64,000 nt of DNA from a virus (Duplodnaviria; Caudoviricetes): IMG/VR virus record IMGVR_UViG_2929541355_000001, positions 1-64,000 of that record; one strand, written 5' to 3'. Shown here in pieces: positions 26,678-33,194 of this stretch. A program made the translations under genes and the position numbers. Positions within the stretch are counted from its first letter, which is position 1; the number at the start of each line of letters is the position of its first letter. The notes below the pieces were generated by a model that was not told the DNA's origin, searched no databases, and saw only the letters and a program-made list of their open reading frames with translations.

Positions 26678-26971
26678 TCACGATGCGCCGCCGGGCTTCG
26701 CCCGCGGCTTCTTGTCCGGCCCTCTCACGCCCGTCGGTGGCGGGTGCTTCCGGAAGTACTCCAGCAATATCCCCGTCTCCATCGTCCGCGCGTTCGCGAT
26801 GTTGATGTACGGGAGACGGTCTCCAGGCCCGAAGGGCCAGTCGTCGCGAGTACGCGCCATGTAACGGATGGTGTCGCCTGTGGCGTGTGTGGCGATGCCG
26901 AGTTCAACCAGGAGGCGGGCCGCAGCCTCGAAGGTGACGTACGGCGGCAGGTTGTCGGGGATGCTCACCAT
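26678..26971 (-). CDS. small putative DNA-binding protein upstream of rep
   Basis: VTFEAAARLL..LGI....T.DTIRYMAR...WPFG. Confidence 0.7.
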   Translation of the reverse strand: MVSIPDNLPPYVTFEAAARLLVELGIATHATGDTIRYMARTRDDWPFGPGDRLPYINIANARTMETGILLEYFRKHPPPTGVRGPDKKPRAKPGGAS

Positions 26972-27090
26972 GGGGGCTGCACCCCCTGAGGACCTTTTCG
27001 GAGTCCCGCAAAAGCGCATAGAGTCACTACGAACCCTTCTACCGGAGTGGTTCACGTGGCCGCTTGTCTTCGCAGGTCGGCGGCCATAAG

Positions 27091-27125
27091 GGCGGTCGGC
27101 CGGTGTGATGAACCGGTCGGCCGTC
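27091..27125 (-). terminator. hairpin after XRE regulator
   Basis: GGCGGTCGGCCGGT/ACCGGTCGGCCGTC inverted repeat. Confidence 0.55.
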
Positions 27126-27149
27126 ATTGAGCGTTCTAACGTGTGGCGG

Positions 27150-28397
27150 CTACTCCAGGGCACCCGTCCTTTCTGCGAGCTCCATCAGGTCGGCGGAAGC
27201 CTTCGACCCTGACACCAGGACCAGCTCCTTCACGGCCTGCCGGACTGCGGTGTGGTTCTGGACGGTCTCCGGCGAGATCTCCTCCGCGCGCAGCAGGCAG
27301 CCGACGGCGTCGGCCATGTGTCTCCGCTGCGCGTGAGCTCGCCCCAAGTCCATCAGCAGCCTCCCGCGACGCTCTGGTGACAGGGCCTCTGCGTTGATGG
27401 ACTGCCCGATGTCGAGTGCCTCGCCGGCGTCCCCGAGGTCTACGGCCGTGGAGACAGCCTGCACGGCCACGTTGGTTGGACCGAACTCAAGGTTGTAGTC
27501 GTTGCGGTCCTCCCCGAGGCGGCCAGCCACCTGCCGGGCCTTCTCGATCTCCGCCTTTGCTTCCGTCCGCTGGCTGCACCGGGCGTGTACAAGCGCCTTC
27601 GCGAGGTGGAGCGACCCCAGCACCGATAGACCCTCTTGAGGAAGATCCGTCTGGCCGGACAGCGCGTCGATCGCCCCACGGACTGCATGCTCAGCTTCGG
27701 CTGAAGATCCGAGGCGAACGAACGCGTGGACCATGCGATAGATGCCGGCGAACACGAGGAATGCGTCACCGGACATTTCGGCGGCGGCCACCGCCCGGTC
27801 GGCTGAGACCCACGAAGCGCGTGAGTCTCCCTGTCGTGCGAAGGCGGCAGCCAGAGCCTGATAGGCGCGGGCCAGCAACGTGTACGCCTGAGGCTGGTCG
27901 TCGGCCGGTGACGTACGTACAGCCCGTTCCAGGGCCGGGATGAGGGCGGTGACCATGTCGCTGACCTCGGAGAATCGCGCCTGATGAGTCAGGCCCCAAA
28001 TCTCGTCCACCTGGCCCGCCAGGTCGCCCAGATCGAGAACCTCGGTGTCGTCTCCGAGCAGCGCTGAGAGAGCCGGGTGGTCGGCGATTACTAGGCGGGC
28101 TCCATCCAGGTCGTTGGACGCTATGTGGACGTTCACCACGGGTGGTGCCGGGATTGGCGCACCTGGGTCCAGGGCCTGTGTCGGCACTCCCAGTGCGTCT
28201 GCGAGCTCCTGTAGGAGATCAAAGCGGCGAACCGGCTGGATACCTCGTTCAACCTGAGACATCCAACTTGGGGTGCGCCCGCTCAGCTGCGCGGCCAGTT
28301 GCTGCTGAGTCATGCCGTGCTCTTTGCGCAGCTCAGCTACCCGCTTACCGAATGCACGGTCTCTCGGGTCTACGTCCTTGCCTGTCGGCTTACTCAT
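27150..28397 (-). CDS. XRE-family repressor with helical-repeat (TPR-like) C-terminal domain
   Basis: GKRVAELRKEHGMTQQQLA...WMSQVERG; FGPTNV, LSPERRGRLLMDLGRA. Confidence 0.88.
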   Translation of the reverse strand: MSKPTGKDVDPRDRAFGKRVAELRKEHGMTQQQLAAQLSGRTPSWMSQVERGIQPVRRFDLLQELADALGVPTQALDPGAPIPAPPVVNVHIASNDLDGARLVIADHPALSALLGDDTEVLDLGDLAGQVDEIWGLTHQARFSEVSDMVTALIPALERAVRTSPADDQPQAYTLLARAYQALAAAFARQGDSRASWVSADRAVAAAEMSGDAFLVFAGIYRMVHAFVRLGSSAEAEHAVRGAIDALSGQTDLPQEGLSVLGSLHLAKALVHARCSQRTEAKAEIEKARQVAGRLGEDRNDYNLEFGPTNVAVQAVSTAVDLGDAGEALDIGQSINAEALSPERRGRLLMDLGRAHAQRRHMADAVGCLLRAEEISPETVQNHTAVRQAVKELVLVSGSKASADLMELAERTGALE

Positions 28398-28717
28398 GTC
28401 CCCTCCCCGGCGGGCCTCTTGCCGATTGTCTCGTTGAGGAACTCGACTTCGGTGCTGGTCAGGTACTGCTCCCGTTCGCTCAGCATGCGTTTGGTGTGGG
28501 GCTGAGACTCGTGCGCCTGGAAGGCGTCGTAGTCGGCGTACAGCTCGTAGAAGACCCGCACGAGCGGCTCATCCACTGGGACATGCGCGACGTAGACGAG
28601 GGTTCCGGGCTCCTCGCGGATGCCCTCCAACGTGCGGGCCACGAGTGCGTCGAACTTCTCAGCTGCTTCGGCGTCGCGGGTGGTGAACCGCACGGCGAGT
28701 GCGTATCCGCTGCTCAC
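28394..28717 (-). CDS. ABM-family (YgiN/LsrG-like) cofactor-free monooxygenase
   Basis: EEPGTLVY...FYELY.D.DAF.AH..QPH; GGAGGA RBS (alternative start 28738); coupled to XRE gene. Confidence 0.85.
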   Translation of the reverse strand: MSSGYALAVRFTTRDAEAAEKFDALVARTLEGIREEPGTLVYVAHVPVDEPLVRVFYELYADYDAFQAHESQPHTKRMLSEREQYLTSTEVEFLNETIGKRPAGEGT

Positions 28718-28744
28718 GCTTCCTCCTATAGGGGTCATGGGCAC

Positions 28745-28827
28745 AGTCTCACATTAAGCATTGTAGTGCTAGTGCGAGAGAAAAACTCTCTTCAGCGATT
28801 GACTCGCACTGTGAGTGTGCGTAGTGT
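28745..28827. promoter_or_regulatory. divergent switch region
   Basis: rightward TTGACT-N17-TAGTGT (28799-28827) with CGCAC-N7-GTGCG dyad; leftward TACAAT (28765-28760); inverted AGTGCGAG/CTCGCACT. Confidence 0.65.
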
Positions 28828-28854
28828 CGTCCATGTCACCTCAACGGGGACAGC

Positions 28855-28933
28855 AAAAAGGGCCTGGCGTGCGACCGCCAGGCCCTGGATGCGAACCAAG
28901 CCCGACCTGCGTACACAGGAGGCCGATCCGCAT
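28855..28933 (-). ncRNA. predicted antisense RNA over the transfer-operon leader
   Basis: minus-strand GTGCGG-N18-GATCCT; 11-bp hairpin 28859-28886 with U-tract on the minus strand. Confidence 0.35.
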
Positions 28934-29099
28934 GAATCAGGATCGCACACGCACTGCGAGTACCGCACTCGCCACCCCGCACGCCGACGAGCAGCTCCGC
29001 CGCACCGTCGCCGACCCCACCACCCGCCCCCGTCAGCTGATCGCCGCCGGCGTGAAGCGCGGCAACAGCCCCTTCACCATCCAGGCGGTGAACGCGTGA
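28932..29099 (+). CDS. hypothetical protein
   Basis: RBS AGGAGG. Confidence 0.55.
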   Translation: MNQDRTRTASTALATPHADEQLRRTVADPTTRPRQLIAAGVKRGNSPFTIQAVNA

Positions 29100-29539
29100 T
29101 GGCTGACAACACGTCGATCGCGCAGCAGCTCCTCGCCGCACTCCACAACCTGGACATGGCCGACCTGGCCGCGAACCCCACCGGTCAGCCCGTAGCCCGG
29201 ATCAGCATCCGCACCATGGGTGGCGAGTTCGTCGGTGAGCTTCAGCTCGGGCAGCGCGCCGCGGAGGAGACCACCAACGCCGCCTCCGCTGTTGCCGAGT
29301 ACGCCCTCGCGATGCCCGCCGACTACCAGGCCGGCCGCACCGCCCCCACCGCCAACTCCGAGCTTCACCCGATGGCCGCCGCCGAACTCATCGACATGTT
29401 CGACTCCCTCGACCTCGTCACCCTCACCAAGACCGTCCTCAACGCGGCCGCCCCCACGGACCGGCTCGCAGCAACGAAGGCCATCGACGACGTGTTCGGC
29501 CACATTCCCCACCCGGGCGTCGAGGACGGGGACCTGTGA
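29099..29539 (+). CDS. hypothetical protein
   Basis: coupled, high GC3. Confidence 0.65.
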   Translation: MADNTSIAQQLLAALHNLDMADLAANPTGQPVARISIRTMGGEFVGELQLGQRAAEETTNAASAVAEYALAMPADYQAGRTAPTANSELHPMAAAELIDMFDSLDLVTLTKTVLNAAAPTDRLAATKAIDDVFGHIPHPGVEDGDL

Positions 29540-29676
29540 TGACCGCCGAGGAGCAGCAGGCCAACGCGAACGCCCTGGCCGCACAGGAAGCTGCCCGCCA
29601 GCAGGCCGCAGCCGACCTCATCGCGGCGAACGCGGCCGCCGAAGACCTCGCGAAGCTCACCGGGGGTCAGCAGTGA
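29539..29676 (+). CDS. Ala/Gln-rich small protein
   Basis: coupled both sides. Confidence 0.55.
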   Translation: MTAEEQQANANALAAQEAARQQAAADLIAANAAAEDLAKLTGGQQ

Positions 29677-30050
29677 CTACCACCCGTGTCACCGAGTTCG
29701 ACAACGTCCTCGACGACCTGGCCGGCCTGACCTGGCTCCCCGGCATCACCCAGATCCTCGACGGGATCCGCGAAGCCCAGACCGCGATCAGCCGCGGCGA
29801 TCTCACCACCGACGCCACCCAAACCCTGATCGCCGGAATCGCCGGATCGGCTGGTGCCGACCTGGTTAGCGCCCTCGCCCACCTCACCGCCCACGCCACC
29901 AATCCGCACACCAACCCCGCCCTCCACCAGCTGCCGGCCACCCAGCAGAAGGAGACCCAGCACCACGGCGAAACCGCCCTCTTCCACCTCACCGACACCT
30001 GGCTCCACCAGCACGCATCCGAAGCCTCCGCCGCCATCAGCCAGTACTGA
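29673..30050 (+). CDS. hypothetical protein
   Basis: GTGA coupling, high GC3. Confidence 0.65.
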   Translation: MTTTRVTEFDNVLDDLAGLTWLPGITQILDGIREAQTAISRGDLTTDATQTLIAGIAGSAGADLVSALAHLTAHATNPHTNPALHQLPATQQKETQHHGETALFHLTDTWLHQHASEASAAISQY

Positions 30051-30068
30051 CCCCGGAAGGAACTCCGC

Positions 30069-30239
30069 ATGTTCGGCAAGCCCAACTCCCCGACCGCCGC
30101 CAGGAAGGCCGAAGCCAAACAGACCCGGCGCGACCACAACGCCCGCTTCAACAACGCCGACACCGACCCGACCAGCCCCGAGTACCTCGCCTCCCACGAC
30201 CAGGTCATCGCCGCCGAGAAGGCAGCCCGCAACCACTGA
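30069..30239 (+). CDS. small hypothetical protein (MFGK...)
   Basis: RBS GAAGGA. Confidence 0.6.
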   Translation: MFGKPNSPTAARKAEAKQTRRDHNARFNNADTDPTSPEYLASHDQVIAAEKAARNH

Positions 30240-30307
30240 CCACCCCACCCGCGGGGGTCCCGGCCGAGCCGACAGACCGGACCCCCCCCACCCCGAAAGG
30301 ACCCGCC

Positions 30308-30487
30308 ATGGATGCCGCCCAGGCCGCCGCCAACCTCCGCGCCGAGCTCATCACCGCCGGAATCCTCCACGACCCCACCAGCATGACCGACACCGACATC
30401 CAGAACATCACCACCGCCGCCCAGCAGCTCAACGCCGCCTCCGGCGGCAACACCTGGGACCTCGTCCACGCCGTCATCAGCCACTAA
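30308..30487 (+). CDS. small hypothetical protein
   Basis: RBS GAAAGGA. Confidence 0.6.
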   Translation: MDAAQAAANLRAELITAGILHDPTSMTDTDIQNITTAAQQLNAASGGNTWDLVHAVISH

Positions 30488-30504
30488 CCCCGGAAGGACC
30501 CGCC

Positions 30505-30732
30505 ATGACTACGCAGACCGAATCGGCGCCGGAATTCGTCGAGCTCATCACGGCCGATGGTGCCCGCTACCGCAAGGGCGACCTTGCCCCCAGCGGTCTC
30601 GGTATCGACGAGTTCGTGACCGTTGAGTCCCTCAAGGAATCCGGCGACTGGGTTGAGATCGGCCTCTCTCACGGATACGTCCTCAGCGTCCCCGAGACCC
30701 GCATCGCCCAGATCCTCACCCGCACCGTCTGA
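30505..30732 (+). CDS. small hypothetical protein
   Basis: RBS GAAGGA. Confidence 0.6.
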   Translation: MTTQTESAPEFVELITADGARYRKGDLAPSGLGIDEFVTVESLKESGDWVEIGLSHGYVLSVPETRIAQILTRTV

Positions 30733-30818
30733 TCTGGCCCGCCCTGTCGCCCCCAACCCACCGGTTGGTGACGGCAGAGAGGCCCGGACCACCCGGAGCC
30801 AACCCGAAGGAGAACACC

Positions 30819-31010
30819 ATGTTCGGCAAGAGCAAGCGCAAGGTCGCGACCACTCCCACCGCGCAGAACGACCAGTACCGCCTGAAGTCCACCGGCCGAC
30901 GGGTCACCCTCCTGGAGCACCTCGGCGGCGGTGACGTCCGTATCGCCATGGACAGCGGCCGCATCACCCGGGACGACATCGTCAGCGCCCGCGACATCAC
31001 CCCCGCCTGA
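30819..31010 (+). CDS. small hypothetical protein (MFGK...)
   Basis: RBS AAGGAG. Confidence 0.6.
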   Translation: MFGKSKRKVATTPTAQNDQYRLKSTGRRVTLLEHLGGGDVRIAMDSGRITRDDIVSARDITPA

Positions 31011-31099
31011 CCCGACAGCCCTACCGCCATCAGCCGACCGGCTGGTGGCGGTGGAGAGGCCCAGACCACCCCGGACCCAACAACCCCAAGGAGCCCCTC

Positions 31100-31312
31100 A
31101 TGGCCGGCAGCCGCCACTTCTTCCGCAACCAGCCCGCCGAGCAGACCCGCGCCGAGATCAAGGACGACATCAAGAACAGCCGCACGGCCCAGCGCGACCT
31201 CCAGGCCACCGGGCAGCACCGCCTCGCCGAAACCATGCGGGAGGCCGCCGACGAGCACCTCGACGAGCTGAACAACCTGAACAACGGCACCTGGACCCCC
31301 AACCACGCCTGA
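31100..31312 (+). CDS. small helical hypothetical protein
   Basis: RBS AAGGAG. Confidence 0.6.
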   Translation: MAGSRHFFRNQPAEQTRAEIKDDIKNSRTAQRDLQATGQHRLAETMREAADEHLDELNNLNNGTWTPNHA

Positions 31313-31396
31313 CCCGCAACGCCTGGGGGCGGCCGCCGAGCCGACAGACGACCGCCCCCCACCACGCTCCCGCCAGACACTCCGGAAGGACCCGCA

Positions 31397-31753
31397 ATGG
31401 CCGCCCAGACCACCCCCGACCAGCCCGTCACCACCGACGCCGAAGCCCGCATGCGGGTCTTCCAGATCATCGGCTCCGACCTCGACGCCCCCGCCGCCTA
31501 CACCGGCAACTGGCACACCGCCCTCAAGACCACCGCCGCCCGCTGGGCCGGAGACAACCCCGAGGCAGACAGCATCCGCACCTGCTGGTTCTGCGACGTC
31601 GAGACCGCCGCCAGTACCGCCCGCTGCGAATTCTGCGGCCACCACGCGGAGGACGGCCCCACCCCGGCCCTCAACGCACAGCACGTCATCGTCACCGGCA
31701 TCACCGGCTCTGGAAAGGGCCGCGCCCTCCAGATCATCGCCACCGCCGCCTGA
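31397..31753 (+). CDS. Zn-ribbon protein ending in an orphan Walker A
   Basis: CWFC...CEFCG; HVIVTGITGSGK. Confidence 0.6.
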   Translation: MAAQTTPDQPVTTDAEARMRVFQIIGSDLDAPAAYTGNWHTALKTTAARWAGDNPEADSIRTCWFCDVETAASTARCEFCGHHAEDGPTPALNAQHVIVTGITGSGKGRALQIIATAA

Positions 31754-31884
31754 TGCACAGCCACCTCGCCCGCTACGGCTTCGCCACCCTCACCCTCCTC
31801 TCCATCTACGCCGACATGACCGGCCCCGCACTCCTCTGCGCCATCGCCACCGCCTACGCCTGGAAAGGACACCGAACCCGATGA
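31753..31884 (+). CDS. small membrane protein
   Basis: hydrophobic 43 aa, coupled. Confidence 0.5.
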   Translation: MHSHLARYGFATLTLLSIYADMTGPALLCAIATAYAWKGHRTR

Positions 31885-32894
31885 AGACCCCCCTGGCCGG
31901 CCGGATCCGGAACCTGTCGCCGCTCCTCTACCCGGCAGCCTTCCTGTCCATCGCCTCCCTCGCCTGGACAACGTGGTCCCTCGTCGACCTCCTCGGCACC
32001 GGCCGGATCGGTGTCACCGTCGCCGTCGGCGCCGACGTCATCTGGGGATCCGTCATCCTCGCCGAAGCCCGCGGCCTCCGAATCCCCGTCTTCAAGACAG
32101 CCCGCAACCTCGTCCCCGCATTCGGCTGGGCCACCCTCCTCGTCGTCGCCGTCTTCCTCGCCTGGCACGGCATCGCCAAGGACTCCCTCGCCATGGCCGC
32201 TGCCGGCCCGTTCCTCCCCTTCGGCGCGAAGACCGTCTGGGCCCTCGCCCTCGCCGACATGCGAGACCCCTCCGCCCTCACCGACCAGGAGAAGACCACC
32301 CTCGCCGCCATGGAGCGCGGCATGCTCTTCGAGGAGCAGGAGCACCGCATCGAGATGCGGCGCCGCGAGATGGGTGCCGAGCGGCAGATGAGCGAGGTGT
32401 CCGTCGACTTCGACATCGAGCTGATGCGGCAGGACAAGACCCGCGAACTGAAACGCCGTCGCCCGCTCGAACTGACCGTCGGTGATGCGGGCGACGATGC
32501 GCACCGCATCAGTGATGCGCAGCAGGCCCACCGCATCACTGATGCACCCGCCTCATACAGCGCATCGTCGGCGCAGCGCACCATGCTCGCCGCCGCAGCG
32601 GACCGTACTGCTGCGGTTGGTGAAGCCGCTGATGAGACCAGTGATGCGCCCCTGATGCGGACCACACCGGCCCGCACTGCGGCGCCCCACACCGACCCTG
32701 AGGCGCTTCAGCTCGACGGCATGTCCAAGGCCGCCGCAGTCCGAGTGGTGCGTGATGCGGACCCCGCCGCATCAGCGCCGCAGATCGTTCAGCGCCTCGC
32801 GCATCACGGCATTGATGCGGACGCCGCATACGTGCGCACCGTCCTGTCCCGCACCCGGCAGCAGCGCTCCAACGGCAACGGCGGCTACCTCTAA
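31881..32894 (+). CDS. SpdB-like intramycelial spread protein (4 TM + coiled coil + C-terminal HTH)
   Basis: SLAWTTWSLVDLLG.G.IG.TVA.GAD..W; coiled coil; MSKAAAVR...AYVRTVLSR. Confidence 0.75.
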   Translation: MKTPLAGRIRNLSPLLYPAAFLSIASLAWTTWSLVDLLGTGRIGVTVAVGADVIWGSVILAEARGLRIPVFKTARNLVPAFGWATLLVVAVFLAWHGIAKDSLAMAAAGPFLPFGAKTVWALALADMRDPSALTDQEKTTLAAMERGMLFEEQEHRIEMRRREMGAERQMSEVSVDFDIELMRQDKTRELKRRRPLELTVGDAGDDAHRISDAQQAHRITDAPASYSASSAQRTMLAAAADRTAAVGEAADETSDAPLMRTTPARTAAPHTDPEALQLDGMSKAAAVRVVRDADPAASAPQIVQRLAHHGIDADAAYVRTVLSRTRQQRSNGNGGYL

Positions 32895-32906
32895 GCCGCC
32901 GCATCA
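32483..32906. repeat. cluster of TGATGCG/CGCATCA heptamers
   Basis: 11 exact copies counted by eye, including palindrome CGCATCA-G-TGATGCG at 32505-32519. Confidence 0.8.
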
Positions 32907-32938
32907 CCCGACCCCGCCCGCATTCGAAGGAGACCCGC

Positions 32939-33163
32939 ATGACCACCACCCAGCTTCCGCCCAGTGCCCCGGCCTTCTCCGCGTTCACGAGCCCCGACAT
33001 TCGGCCCAGCGGACCCGCCGGGCTCCCGGCCACCGACGAGCAGTACGAGGTCCTCGACATGGGTCAGATCCAGGAGGAGCTCGCCGCAGCCCTCCGCCAC
33101 ATCGAGGAACTGCCCCGCCGCTACCCCTACGAGGCCTCCGGAGCCACTACGGAAGCCCTCTAG
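32939..33163 (+). CDS. hypothetical protein
   Basis: RBS GAAGGAG. Confidence 0.55.
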   Translation: MTTTQLPPSAPAFSAFTSPDIRPSGPAGLPATDEQYEVLDMGQIQEELAAALRHIEELPRRYPYEASGATTEAL

Positions 33164-33194
33164 ACCACCCACCCCAAGCCTCATTTGAAAGGAA

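Noticed and set aside
30240-31400. Repeated intergenic units as a CRISPR array or integron attC sites
   Set aside because: Only pairs of repeats separated by whole genes; no regular spacers, cas or integron integrase seen.
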